Below are positions 1-13,150 of a DNA stretch of 64,000 bases, piece by piece. Both the position numbers and the translations under genes were made by a program. The DNA is taken from NCBI GenBank assembly GCA_964106915.2, contig OZ066920.1. The stretch is one strand, 5' to 3'. This DNA is from Podarcis gaigeae. Taxonomy: Eukaryota. The number at the start of each line of letters is the position of its first letter. The stretch's first letter is position 1. The notes under the pieces were generated by a model, which had not been told where the DNA came from, searched no databases, and was given only the letters and a program-made list of their open reading frames with translations.

Positions 1-350
1 GAGGTAGGAAGGATATTGGCGTGGTGCACTGGAAAGATGAAATTGCACTAATTGCCAAGGCATAGTTGGGAGTTTTAGCCATAGATAATAGGGTAAGGAA
101 TGGAAGACATACAGTGGCAAAGCTCTATGGCGAGGATGGGCAAGCTTCAGCTCTCTGAGATCAACTTACATGTTTCTACTAGAAGGCTATGGACCAGGAC
201 CAGGTTCAAAATAGCAGCTCAGGATAGCTGGCATATACTAAGAACTGAGGGCATTATTAGCCCAGGACAAAAAAGTCAACTTCTGGGGACGTAGCCAACT
301 AACATGTCCAGTCATGGATGCATTTCTCAGCACTGCTTTTTGGATACAAC

Positions 351-465
351 CAGTGCTATTTTTCTAGAAAAAGAGGTGTCAGAACCTACCACCAATGCCT
401 TCCTTGTTCTCTTATAATGGCACTGGTGGCCACCTGAGAGGTGCCAGAACTGGAAAAAAGCTCTG
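351..465. mobile_element. Short non-autonomous hAT-type MITE (degenerate)
   Basis: Imperfect TIRs CAGTGCTATTTTTC / GAAAAAAGCTCTG; flanking 8-mers gatacaac (343-350) and ggtagaac (466-473) match at 6/8, as expected for a decayed hAT 8-bp TSD. Confidence 0.55.
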
Positions 466-792
466 GGTAGAACTCCTGGTTTTCCCCAAATGTTCTTCGT
501 TTCACCAACCTAATTTAGGGCATGGGGTGGGGGGAGTCTTTTAGTCATTGCTGTGTTTAGATTGTTGGATGTCAAACTGATGATTTGTTGCAAATCGTCA
601 GAGATCAGCCTTCCCATCCCACCCCTGGTCTATGTGACAATTTACACTCTTAAGATGGCCTTGTTTGACATTTTTCTTGTGAGTACTTGGCCCTGTACCA
701 CAAACCCATGCTGGAACTCCTCTCTGTTTCCAAAGCATTTTTTCATGGTGGGCAATTGGGGTTGTGGAATTGTTTGTTAAAACCATTGCCAA

Positions 793-1013
793 TATTTATT
801 TATGTATTGAATTTCTATCGCATCTTTCCTCTAGTGTACATGGTTCCCCCCCTCCCATCTCTCCATTTTGTCCTCACAAAAACCTTGTGAGGTAGGTTAG
901 GCTGAGAGATAGTGACTGGCCCAAGGTCACCCAGTGAGATTCATGGTTGAGTAGGGACTTGAACCCAGGTCTCCTAAGTAATAATATGACACTAGCCACT
1001 AAACTACACTGGC
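793..1013 (-). mobile_element. Squam3/MIR-like CORE SINE
   Basis: Minus strand reads gccagtgtagtttagtggcta...gggttcaagtccc (Pol III A/B-box head), then CORE-like ctcactgggtgaccttgggccagtcac...cctacctcacaagg...gtgagga, and a (TAAA)n tail. Confidence 0.8.
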
Positions 1014-1741
1014 CTGGTCTTCCTAGTTGCTAAAAAATGCATGAGACTATTAATAACCTATAATTCAACATCTTTCAAATTATGGAATGATAATCATAAT
1101 CTAACATGTTGCTGTTGATGCTACAATCTTTGTTGATAATGAAAAATTAATGTAACATTGCAAGGAATGATTCTCACACTGTCAAAATTGGCCCCAAACT
1201 TGTAAGTATTTCAGGGCATAAAGGTTGAATGGGCCCAATAGTATTGCCGGAATTTTGACACTTAAAGAAGAACAGTGTGTGGTTAGAGCCCATGGAGCAC
1301 CAGTGATAACAGAATTGGAACAAATTTAACATGCTTCTGTTGGGAAAAGAATCCAAATGAAAGTGGGGCTGAAGCTGCAGGATATTTTAGCTTTTTGAAA
1401 TAAAATGGACATATAAATATGAGTAGACTGCTTTACCATAGCCAGTCTTAGTCTTGGCATTATATATTGCCTAATCAGTCTTTAAACTGGTGAGTTAGAT
1501 CGTCAACTTCAACACTTTATATTTAATGTGGAGGTAGACTGACTTTACTCAAATTTCTTTTATTTTCATAGGTCCCTTTATAGAATGCAGTGTTGATACG
1601 GAATGCCGCTAAATTAATGGTTAATTCAGTTTTATCAGGATAATTTAAATAAACTGGAATTTTCCAGTTTGATTGATAGAATGTGATCGCTGTTAGCTGC
1701 AGACTCAACCTGCTTTTGACATTTAAACATATAAAGCTGAC

Positions 1742-1975
1742 NNNNNNNNNNNNNNNNNNNNNNNNNNNNNNNNNNNNNNNNNNNNNNNNNNNNNNNNNNN
1801 NNNNNNNNNNNNNNNNNNNNNNNNNNNNNNNNNNNNNNNNNNNNNNNNNNNNNNNNNNNNNNNNNNNNNNNNNNNNNNNNNNNNNNNNNNNNNNNNNNNN
1901 NNNNNNNNNNNNNNNNNNNNNNNNNNNNNNNNNNNNNNNNNNNNNNNNNNNNNNNNNNNNNNNNNNNNNNNNNNN
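1742..1975. other. N-run, 234 bp (masked or gap) inside a unique, CNE-like block
   Basis: Run of N; flanks (about 1480-2100) are non-repetitive and rich in TAAT and TGACA motifs. Confidence 0.95.
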
Positions 1976-2960
1976 ACCAAGATCCTCAATTTAAACAAAG
2001 TCTTCTTTGCAGATATTCTGTGTTCAAGGGCACAGCAGAAAGGTTCATTGATCAAGTATGATGTACTGTAACATTTTTCTTATCCGAGCTCTTTTATGTA
2101 TATTTATTAAAGATCCCATATTTCATATTATGCTTAACTATATTGGAGGAAGTTCTTCACAAAACATATCCCAAATATAATATGAAGTATCTGCAAGCAT
2201 ATTGCACTTACTTTTAACTGCAATTCTGGGATTTATGGATATAGAGAGATCTGCTGGTCTTATAAAAGTTGGAAAGGGTCATGACATACTTTAAAATGAT
2301 ATGTTGCCACTTAATATCCCAGTACTGACACCTGCCAGGTTTAATGACTGCATTTTTGTGATAATATAATTGCCTCAATCTGATCAGAAAGTCAACTTTA
2401 GTTCCAGTGTGCTGTTTTACTTTTTTTTTCTTGGCCTGATTGTGTTGCAAAAGAACAAGCGAGTTCTGCTTTCTTGTGGGGTGGGGGTGGGGAAATCCTA
2501 TAATTCTTTGGTCTGTTCTAGGCAGTTAAAGTTTGTTCTTGAAATAAATAATAGCCAAAATGTCAATACTTCTAGTTTTCAGAATAATCATAAATTCCTG
2601 ACCATAAAACAGTCATAAAGGTGTAATATTTTATTCACTGTATATTCATACACCGCATGTCATTGCAACAGAAAGGCAATGAATCATTCTTTCGGTATAG
2701 TCAAAAAGGAAGGGGAAAAAGCGTATGAGCAAGATAGGCCTAAAATATCGGTACTAAGGTTTAAATTTACTCCTTATCAGAGAGTGTAGCATAGTCAAAA
2801 TAGGTAATCTGCTCAAATATATTTATCTTGCAAATTGAACATTTTTTAAAAGGTACACCAGTTCTTACCAAATGAAGCTGGTTGACTTTTGTGGAAATTG
2901 TGGGTGAGCAATCTTTCACTTAGCACCCTCTACATGAAGCACATCCACCCACAGGAAATT

Positions 2961-3253
2961 CCGTAGCTCAGGGGTAAAGCATCTGCCTTGGATGCAGAAA
3001 ATCCTAGTAGGTGTCTCCAAGTAGGACTGGGAGAGACCCGTGTCTGAAATCCTGGAGAGCTGCTGCCAGTGATTGTAAACCAGCATTTCCCAAACTTGGG
3101 TCTCCAGCTGTATTTGGACTACAACTCCCATCATCCCTAGCGAGCAAGACCAGTGGTCAGGGATGATGGGAATTAGAGTCTGGAGACCCAAGTTTGGGAA
3201 ACAATACAGAACTAGATGGAGTAGACTCGGTGTAGGCAGCTTTCTGTGCTCCT
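2961..3253 (+). mobile_element. Squam2-like tRNA-derived SINE, interrupted by a hAT MITE
   Basis: Head gtagctcaggggtaaagcatctgcc...gcagaa; body ctgaaatcctggagagctgctgccagt; tail aatac..ctagatgga...aggcagctttctgtgctcct; split at 3081-3202. Confidence 0.7.
3081..3202. mobile_element. hAT (Charlie/MER5-like) MITE nested in a SINE
   Basis: Perfect 22-bp inverted repeat tttcccaaacttgggtctccag (3086-3107) / ctggagacccaagtttgggaaa (3180-3201); internal arms ctacaactcccatcatccc / gggatgatgggaatt. Confidence 0.8.
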
Positions 3254-3505
3254 CAGATCTTGACCATGCCCGGAAGCAACAAGTGCATCTGAGAAAAACC
3301 TCCAGATACACTGGGAAAGCAGGAATGGCTCTCACTCTTTTGAAGTAATGGCCTTTAGCAACCCTTTACATTTTAAGAATTAGTAGCTTTGAGAAGCACT
3401 GTGTTTGGCTGTGGGATACAACATTCATGCAAAGTATGGAAGTTCCCAAACTCTCAGGTCACATAACCATTTTTAAAAGTTAACTTAAAATACTTCTGTA
3501 TAGTA

Positions 3506-3748
3506 CAGTGGTACCTTCGGGTTAAGTACTTAATTTGTTCCCAAGGTCTGTACTTAACCTGAAACTGTTCTTAACCTGAAGCATCACTTTAGCTAATGGG
3601 GCCTCCTGTTGCTGCCGCACCGCCAGAGCACAATTTCTGTTCCCATCCTGAAGCAAAGTTCTTAACCTGAAGCACTATTTCTGGGTTAGCAGAGTCTGTA
3701 ACCTGAAGCGTATGTAACCTGAAACGTATGTAACCCGAGGTACCACTG
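3506..3748. mobile_element. Tc1/mariner (Tigger-like) MITE, copy 1
   Basis: TIRs CAGTGGTACCT(T)CGGGTTA / TAACCCGAGGTACCACTG; TA TSD on both sides; subterminal repeats gtaacctgaagcgtat. Confidence 0.9.
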
Positions 3749-3753
3749 TATTT

Positions 3754-3891
3754 CAGAGATGGGGAACCTGTGACCCTCAAGATGTTATTGGACTTCAGCT
3801 CCCATCAGCTCCACCTAACATGACTAATGTTTAAGAATGATGGGAATTGTAGTCCGGCAATGTCTGTAGGGCCACAGGTTCTTCATCTCTG
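3754..3891. mobile_element. hAT MER5A-like MITE
   Basis: TIRs CAGAGATGGGGAACCTGTG / CACAGGTTCTTCATCTCTG; internal ctcccatca / tgatgggaattgtagtcc arms. Confidence 0.8.
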
Positions 3892-5496
3892 CTGTATCCA
3901 ATGGTTTACCTTCTGTTTCAGGCTCCTTGATCCAGCAGAGACTTCCCCTTGAAGAATGGGAAGGAAAACTTTTTTTCCAATTCATCCTCCCCCATGCAGT
4001 TCCTTGCAACACTTTCCGCATTGTTCCACAGTGTCTGATCGACCTCTGAAGCTGTTTTGTGGGGCCACAGGGTGCAGGGGGAATAAATAAAAATCACCCC
4101 TTTTTCTACAGATGGAAGCCTCCACTAAATCCTGGAGTGTTCCATCAGCAGAGGGACACCATTGGATTCAAGCCATGGTAAATAATGTTGCGAAAGCTTC
4201 TCTAGATGGTGAAACTCGAGGTTAACATGATCTTCTTCAGCAGTCCATTTTTCTAGCCATCTCTGGGATGTAATGGATTATGATTTTGCTTTTGCAAGAC
4301 CACTTTGAGTACAAGTGGAGGGGAAAGATCGCCTTGTCATGATACTTCCACCTTAACAAATGGCCATGAGACCTGGCACAGTTCATCAGAAACCACTGCA
4401 GTATGAGTTCCATTGAAATGAACTAGAACAGGCTTCTGCTGGGTTATAACCTGAGTTCTAGCCGCGTTATAATGGGTGAAAACTATGGAAAAAGTTTTGT
4501 GGCCTCATTTTAAAGTTCCCCAAGTGTCTCATCTTCTAATTATCGATACTGTTTCTATAATAAGTGAGTGCTCATTAATGAAAACCCATTCTTGCTTAAC
4601 TTTTGTGTTTGAACTTCGGGGAAGTATCTTTAATGAGGAATATGTGGCACGTACCCTAACGGTATCCCTGGAGTTATAAATGTATGCAATAGAAAAATTT
4701 CTTTTCAGGGCTAGGCAAGATTCTGAAACAGGTTAAATATTGGATATTAATTTCCACACCCACCCACTTAAAATAAAATTTAAAAAAATCAAAAGGCTAT
4801 TTTCTTCACAAACTGTGATTTGGTTATCCAAGGGTAATATAATATTCTAATTCAACTCCTATCTTTATGCTAAATTTTACTTAGGATCAAAGCCGTTCAA
4901 ATGCAAGATTTGCCACTTTGCAACAGCTCAACTAGGAGATGCCAGAAACCATGTCAAGAGGCACCTTGGGATGAGGGAATACAAGTGTCATGTCTGTGGG
5001 TGAGTAAATTGAAACCGTTCCTCCCTTGGTTAACCAGAGAGGAGTGTAGGCTATGCATTGTTTCAGCATTCAAAATGGGGATGTGAGCAAGAGGGGCTAA
5101 AATTATGCATGCATATCCTCCTTCCCATTGTTATGGTAAATTCCTTAAATACAGTTATGACATTCTTTTCCTACTTCTAATCCAGTACTGCAGATGAGCA
5201 ATTTTATGGGCTACAAGGTCAATTTGAACCTGTAATCTGTAAATTGACTAAATTATAGGATGTTCATTCACATTGCCAGGGAGAACTGTAAATTCCTTTT
5301 TAAAGGCATGAAAAATAATATAGACTTCAATTTAGTATGTGTTTTGTGTATATGTGCACATACATGCATTTGTGCTATATATTGTTCTAGTTTGAGCTCA
5401 GTTAACAGATTATGGGCTCCCGTAGAGTTTTTGCACTGCAGGGGACACAGGAAAAGGAAACTTCCAAAGAATTGCGTATATTGCTGCACACGAGAG

Positions 5497-5498
<2 letters not shown>

Positions 5499-5528
<30 letters not shown>
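5499..5528. repeat. (GT)15 microsatellite
   Basis: Direct reading. Confidence 0.95.
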
Positions 5529-5535
<7 letters not shown>

Positions 5536-5559
5536 AAACCAGAGACATCTTGCGTATGT

Positions 5560-6720
5560 TGTATTGCCTCAGAAAAACCTCTTCTTCCCTTTCCCCCTTG
5601 TAATGGCTATTCCGTCCAAAGGACCATTCGTAATGTTTAATTGTCCTTCAAATGTGTTGCATTTAATAGGGAGGCTCAGAGACTCTTTAATGCAAAACTA
5701 ATTAATTTAGCAGAAATGTTTAAAAGGTTTTAAAATGCCATGGCATATATGGTACATCATAGGACATTCAGAGGTGGGTTTTAGTACCGCGCTTCTATTA
5801 AAAGTGTATTTTAATGTTATTATGCTAAAAGAATTAGCTAATATATGCTTCATATAAAAGCGCTTTCCTCAAAACAAGTTAAGTTGCTGCAGAAGCCTGA
5901 TGACTAGTACGCAGAATGGCAGAGGTTCAGATGGATCACACAGTGCACGCCAGTACAGAGAGGTGGGTGGGTAGGAATATTTTTCAGCCAGGTTTTAATC
6001 CCGTCAACTCTTGCAATTAAACACGCCTTGTGAACAAAGTGAGTGAAATGTTCAAAAACAAATTAGAATGCAACTCACCGGTTCACGTGCCTGCTATACA
6101 AATAAGTGTTGTTAGATCGATAAGGGTGGTTTTATTTCCTGATGGGAGGAGTGGATTGCGAGCTGATGGCTGAATTGCTTTAAAACTCAGTGGAAGCAAT
6201 TATGAAAGTTATCCACTGTAAAATAACGGAGGAGGATCTTCCAGGCCTTTGGCTGTGAATGCCACCAGTGTACGCTACATTTTGGCAGCCGCCTGTCTTA
6301 TAAATGACAACAATTCTGTGCGGAAGACGCTCTTGACTTACCAATAACTTTGGTCTAAAATGAATAAATATGGATTCTGAGAAAAAGAACTTGAATTTGG
6401 CTCTGAGTAGCCAACTACACATTGTCTGTGGGTTGGTGGTGGTGGTTTGGTATTGACACACATTTTTTATTGACTGATGCAGCCCTTGCAATTAGTATCT
6501 TCTTACATATTTGTGAGTGGGGAGGGGGGGAGAGAAGTTGCTGGTTCGGTTTGGTCATTCGAAAAAACAGGACACTTAAATCTGTCGTTTGTCAAAGTTC
6601 CTTTGAATGCCACAACCAGAGATTTCATCTCATTGTTCTTGTGTCATGTTACATAATTAACTTGTGATACTGTCAAGTTACTTGTGCACGTGGCAGCTAA
6701 CGGAAAGAGAAATTCACAAA
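5560..6720. promoter_or_regulatory. Candidate conserved non-coding element or enhancer block
   Basis: Unique, repeat-free sequence with CpGs retained; SOX (gaacaaag), E-box (cacgtg at 6084 and 6687) and multiple TAAT/ATTA motifs; conservation is inferred, not measured. Confidence 0.4.
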
Positions 6721-9066
6721 AGTCTTCCTCATATAGGCCTTTTGTTCTGAACAGCTAAAATAATAAATTTTAATCTGATAGAAATCAAAACTATTGGTAC
6801 ATAACCATGGCTGAATTGGTAAAGAAATGTCATCTGCCAAATTGTAATGAATTCAGAGGAGAATTCGAGGCAGGAAGGATGGTCAGTGCACTTTGAACTG
6901 TCAGCCAAATAATTAATATGCCAACCTTTTAGTGTGTGTGTAGCATAATACACTGTGCTATATTTCTGCCATGTTCACCAAAAAGATAGGGTATTTTGTA
7001 GATTAAAAATAAAGTGGCAACATAAAATTGCTGGGATTGGCTATCAGGTTAGAGCATTGGTACATTAACACCACTGACAATGTCAATTCATTATCATTGA
7101 TGGCTAAATAATCTTCGAAATGCTCAGTGGACCTATTAGTTCCTGAATATAAGCAGCTAGTGCTGCATTTCTTCATTAGCTTTAATTGCTATAAATTTAC
7201 CTTTTTAAAAAATCATGTTTTAAAAGGTGAAGTGATCTTTCAGGAACATTAACTTGGTAATTTTGTCACAAACAGAAGGTCCTGCACTATGTTTTCTTTT
7301 CTGCAGTAGTTAAAAATTCTACCCCGTGACTTTTAGATCCCAAATAACAAGCTTTCTATTAGGTGGAATGTTAACTTGTTTCCCCAATTGCATCACAACC
7401 TGTTTGGGGTTTCTTTTTTAAACAAGGTGAAATGTCAGTGCAAGGCTGTGGATAATTGTGGATGTAAGATATCCCTTGATTGCCTTGAATTTTGTTATGA
7501 ATTGGAAAGTGAAAACCCTTTGTAAAGTAATGCCAGTCTAAATGCTAAAAATGAACAGAAGATTTTATGTACTGTATCTTGTGTAGCACAGTCGACACAA
7601 AGGGGTGTGGGTGGAAAGACAGCAGTGTTTTTGCATGTTGCTTTTATTGTTTCAAATCGAAGTTTAATTTTTTCCAGCTGCACAGTAGAAATACTCTGCC
7701 ATAGAAATTGGAAGCTACTAATCTTTCAGCATTTGAAATAAACCGTCTGCTACTCATTTCCTTATCGGCAGATGTGTGGTGATTGTTTTCCTTTGCATTA
7801 TGTTCATGAATGGGAAATGCATCCCTTATTTGAGAAGGGATCTGTTTTCAGTGAGTATCCAACTGCTACCTATTTAAATTTAATTTTCAGAAGTCTGGCT
7901 ATGAAGTTGTTCATGACACGAAAATTAAAAAATCTCACTGGTTTCCCAGCATTTACTTATGTGTGTGAGGTTTTTTGTTTTTGTTTTTTAAAAAAGCTTG
8001 CATAGTGGAATGTACTGAAAAAGGCTTATCGTGCACTTTTGAGATTTTATGCCTCAGGTACATGAAAAATGAATTGTTCAGCACTTCAGATTTTAAACAG
8101 AATTTATGAGCAACTTATCATTTAAAAATACATCTACTTTCCCCTTGCCTTTGCTTTTGGATATAGAGCTTTAAAAACACACACCTTACGTTAGAGTTAT
8201 TTACCTTCCTTTCTGTTTTTCTTAAGTTGCTATGTATAAATAAAATGACTGCAATAGAAATGAGTAGAAGGATTTTACGTCTCCAGAAATGTTAATCATT
8301 TGAAGTCAACCTATCTGTCCTTTTTCTGCATTCTTTCAATTACTTTAAAATGTATCTATTAAAATGTGACCACAGATCAAATTTCAAATCATTATTTGCA
8401 GTACACAGTTTCCCCTTCCTTAAAAAAGGGGTGTATTTAGTTTACTTTTTTGTTTTGTTTCCTTCTCCCACACATCATTTAGAGAAGTATTTTGAAACTT
8501 CATTTGAAGTTTGACCATGGCAATATTGCCAGTGCCTTGATCAATATGTGTTCGGTAGTTGTTATTTCAAAGAGGCATGAAAAGAAGTGTGAAGTAAATT
8601 GAAGGGGTATGTCATATGTTAGTATTTTTTAAAATCAATGATAAGTTTCATGGATTCAAAAGCTTCTTGTTGACAGTCTACAAATATTTGAAATTGAAGT
8701 ATTCATATCACTCCTTTTCTATGGTTTGCTACCAGGGATTTATTTTGTCACATAAAAAAAAATTATGTGTATATTGGGTTTTTAAAAATTAGTTCCAGAT
8801 TATACGAACAGAGATACTTATTTCAGCACAGCAATAACTTGCGCTTCCAAAGTGCTTCTGCTTAGTCTTCCCCTTAGAGAACAAAGAAGATTCATTCTTA
8901 AATGTATCATTACGAAGAGACGGAAATGTACTTTTGGTTTTTACATGCGTCTTAGTGTTGCTGCCAGTGAACTGTTTGTTCTGTGGCCAGATAAATCTTT
9001 AAATAGAAAGTTGAAACTTCAGTAAAACTATTTCTATGTGAGATTACCTATTTTTTGTGCATTAGA

Positions 9067-9558
9067 NNNNNNNNNNNNNNNNNNNNNNNNNNNNNNNNNN
9101 NNNNNNNNNNNNNNNNNNNNNNNNNNNNNNNNNNNNNNNNNNNNNNNNNNNNNNNNNNNNNNNNNNNNNNNNNNNNNNNNNNNNNNNNNNNNNNNNNNNN
9201 NNNNNNNNNNNNNNNNNNNNNNNNNNNNNNNNNNNNNNNNNNNNNNNNNNNNNNNNNNNNNNNNNNNNNNNNNNNNNNNNNNNNNNNNNNNNNNNNNNNN
9301 NNNNNNNNNNNNNNNNNNNNNNNNNNNNNNNNNNNNNNNNNNNNNNNNNNNNNNNNNNNNNNNNNNNNNNNNNNNNNNNNNNNNNNNNNNNNNNNNNNNN
9401 NNNNNNNNNNNNNNNNNNNNNNNNNNNNNNNNNNNNNNNNNNNNNNNNNNNNNNNNNNNNNNNNNNNNNNNNNNNNNNNNNNNNNNNNNNNNNNNNNNNN
9501 NNNNNNNNNNNNNNNNNNNNNNNNNNNNNNNNNNNNNNNNNNNNNNNNNNNNNNNNNN
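9067..9558. other. N-run, 492 bp inside a unique, CNE-like block
   Basis: Run of N; flanks unique, with aacaat/aacaaag and taatta motifs. Confidence 0.95.
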
Positions 9559-11293
9559 TAAAGCTGTTGTGTGCTTAAATCATCACATACACCATGGTAT
9601 TGCATTTTTTGACTGAACAATTAATTACAGCCATCATAACCACAGCTGTATCCAAATAAAACAATGCTTGCTTCTGCTGCTCAAATCAACAGAATTATCC
9701 GTACTGGAAAGGAAGCAACCCAAGATACAACGATGCTTCAACCTGTGGGTGTGTGGTGACAAAGGAAAATAATGATATATTTCAGTGTCAAGTCACACTT
9801 TGATTTTAAAAATCTTTTAGAAATGCTCGAAAAACTATGTGTACAAAGATAGCATGTGAGCAGTAGACTGATTTTATTCCTTCTATACTCAGAGGAAATT
9901 TAAAGCATGGGTTAGACTTGCCACATTTCAGTTGTATTCCTACCCTTCCGTTACATATCACAATATGTTTTGCCCTTGCCTCCTTTTTTTCATGGGGTTG
10001 TTTCTTGCTGCAGTTTCTAGTCACTTAGCTTTATAGTCCACCTTATCCTCGAGGGCTCAGGGCAGCTGTTCATAAACTTTATTAAAAACTAGTTTTTAGT
10101 ACCACAATTCAGCTGGAATACAGATAGATAAAAATACAATAGCTCAAATATTGCAATGAAATTTTAATAACTGGTGAGGTTTTCGTCAACAAGAGGTTTT
10201 CCAAATGTTTTCTGGCGATCTGTTGATAGTGCTGCTGGATGTTGGACAAGGACATGTTGGTACTTGAGAGTTTTCTGAGGGCTGGGCTTAAATTAATCAG
10301 TGTTTTGCTTTAACATGTAAGGGGGGGGGGCTAAAAGGTGTCAGAAAGGTCTTGCTATCGAATAGCTAGCAGTATGCTTCACTAGTTAGTGTCCAGTATG
10401 GCAAATGAAGCAGAAAAGTCAAGGCCAACTTCCAGTTGTAATGCTGTATGAAAAACGTATTTTTATCCACCTGTACTTCAGTTGAGTTATGGCAGTGCTT
10501 TTGTTGGACTTGCTGAAGTGAAAAGATATGAAAAGTACATACTTAGCTGAATATATGTTTGTATTTGAGTTAGGGACACTACCAGTGATTTATACCCATA
10601 CCTCTACTATATATAACCTAATGCAATGCACTTTCAAACTGCAATTATAAAGATACATGCAGCTATGTGATTGTGATATATTTGCCACGTAGAACAAGTA
10701 CTGCTTCTTCTAGAGGTGTTTCATTTTATTATTATTTTTTCTGCGAATGGTTCTGGAAAAACAGGATACATTATTGGATCGCAGAAGCTTTTGCTGCAGG
10801 ACATGTCCCGTGTTTAATAAAACTAAAATGATTGCAAATGTTGCATTCCACTTGGTTGCCATTGCTCTATAGAATTTATTATACTTAAGTGTGGTTATGT
10901 CCAATAGGATAGGATTTCTCATAGAGAAAAATGTATTGTCCATTCAACAGAATGAAATGCTGAGATGCATGTTTGAGTTGGTAACGATTCAGAGGCTTTT
11001 TTGCAGACTTGGCTGAATCTAGACTCCATTTTACATTGCAGTTCTTGTCTAGACATATAATTTAAAAAAAAATATTACCAGATTTGATGACGAGACAGGG
11101 TTCTTGACAGGACTCTTGGCTAAAGAGTAGAAGACATTCTAGATAGTATTTTCCTTAAGGATCCTATTTAGAAGTTTATTTTCAAGGATCTAGATCTTAA
11201 ATTTGTCATAATTGCCCCAAACAAAGGAGGCCAGAGACCACCACCAGTTGGCCTATCTTCTTTTAATAAATCATCAAATTCACCATCCCATTG

Positions 11294-11646
11294 GTGGTCT
11301 AACCCACTGAGCCTAGGGCTTGCCGATTGGAAGGTCGGCGGTTCAAATCCCTGTGATGGGGTGAGCTCCTGTTGCTTGGTCCCAGCTCCTGCCAGCTTAG
11401 CAGTTCAAAAGCACATCAAAGTGCAAGTAGATAAGTAGGTACTGCTCTGGCAGGAACGTAAACAGCGTTTCCATGCACTGCTCTGGTTTCACCAGAAACG
11501 GCTTAGTCATGCTGGCCACATGACCTGAAAAAACTGTCTGCGGACAAATGTCGGCTCCCTCAGCCATTAAAGCGAGATGAGTGCCAGAACCCCAGAGTTG
11601 TTCACAACTGGACTTAACTGTCAGGGGTCCTTCACCTTTACCTTTT
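11294..11646 (+). mobile_element. Sauria SINE (Squam1)
   Basis: B-box ggttcaaatcc; diagnostic gtgcaagtagata..taggtac and gtcatgctggccacatgacc; BovB-like 3' end ggacttaactgtcaggggtcc plus (ACCTTT) tail. Confidence 0.92.
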
Positions 11647-12379
11647 TTACATTCCATTTAGTTTCAATGGGAGCTTATTTTCTCCAGAAGAAATTAGTAC
11701 TAGTCTTATTTTTCTTCAAAACATAGGTAAAATATCTAGATTGACCATCCTGTGTACGTTCAGCAATAAAATTGAAAGCTACCCATACCATCTAGTGTAT
11801 GTATAGTGAATTCTGTCTACTTTGATTTGGGCTTTGCAAACAACCTTTTTGCCAGGGAGTGGAGCAGAAAGAGTTTGGTGTATTCCAATTCCTCTTCAGA
11901 CCATTTTGCACTTCCCGTCTAGGTTGCATGAACACCAACTCTTGCCTGACTTTGTTAGACTGGTGGCAACAGCAGGACGTTATAGCTGGCAGCCTCTCAA
12001 ATAGTACTGTGACAACAAATGTAGGAAAATGTAGTTTTGTCAGAATGCCTAAGACCATTTACAGATGCCCAATGTGGAAGCTAGAAGTCCTTTGGGTCCT
12101 AGGACCAGGACCAGCATTGCATAGTGGAGGAAGGAGACTTCCAATAAGACAGGTAAGTGGAATAGTGGCAGAGAGGAAGAAGTTTTTCTCCAGCTCACAT
12201 TATAATTCAAGATGAAGAAGAGTTTATGGGGCCATAATGTTCACCTTGAATTGAAGTCATCAAGTTTCATATACCAAACCAGGCGATTATGACTTTGGGT
12301 GATATCCATACTAAGCATATCTAGGCTGGTGGTGCCTTGCAAAATGAAGTTCCTGATAACCATCGGGAATCAAAGATTA

Positions 12380-12928
12380 TAAAGACAGAATGAAGAAGTG
12401 GGTCAAAACTAACCAAGTCAATTTCTTATGTAAATGTCTGCATTTAGGTAGGAAAAATCAGATGCAGAACCAGAGGATGGATACACTTGGCTTCACAGCA
12501 GTTCACATGAAACGGATCTAGAGTTTTTAGTAGACCAGAAGCTAAAACAATTCAGCATTGTGATGCAGCAGCAGCATCTGCTGCTGCTAAAAAGGCTAAT
12601 GTAATTCTAGGTTTCATCAACGAAAGTATTGTGCTCAGATCATGAGAAGGAATGGCATCACTCCATTCTGCTTTGGTCAGATTTCATCTGGAGTCTTGCG
12701 TCCAGTTCTAAAGCCATTTAAGAAGGACATTGAGAAACTGGAATGAGTCCATAGGAAAGGAAGAAAAAATGTTGGGGGCAGGGAGGGGGGCTGGAGACCA
12801 AGAACTGTGAGGAAACTTGAAGGAGTTGGGTATGTTTAGCCTGAAGAAGAAACAATTAAGAGATGATAATAGTGAAGTTGGATTAGATGCCCTTTGTGGT
12901 CACTTCCACTATGTGATTGAATGATTCC
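12380..12928 (+). mobile_element. Degraded CR1 LINE 3' remnant (ORF2 C-terminus and 3' UTR) with internal deletion
   Basis: CR1-type segments: ctgcatttaggtaggaaaaatc, aaaaggctaatgtaattctagg, ctggagtcttgcgtccagttct, aggacattgagaaactgga, atgtttagcctgaagaaga; ends with ggtcacttcca..tgattgaatgatt. Confidence 0.8.
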
Positions 12929-13150
12929 AACAAACTCTGTGTAACAGAATGGTTGACAAGCATGCCACCACTGCGCCTCTGCTCCATTGTCTGATAAAAC
13001 CTGAGGAAATAAGCTAAGCATGCATAAACTACTGAAAAGACATATAAGAATATACATGAATGTCTCACTTTTCCTAAAGGAGTGATTGCTTGCCTGATTT
13101 CACTGCAGCTGCTAAACAAACACGTGCTAAGCTTTTAACTTAGTGTCACA

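Noticed and set aside
3656-3740. Short direct repeats (taacctgaagc) resembling a CRISPR-like array; also near 22700 and 43080
   Set aside because: They are subterminal repeats inside mariner MITEs, with no unique regular spacers and no cas genes, in a eukaryotic context
3746-3899. Apparent hAT TSD ctgtattt/ctgtatcc implying the hAT MITE inserted after the mariner MITE
   Set aside because: Only a 6/8 match, and the hAT copy looks more diverged than the mariner copy; likely coincidence
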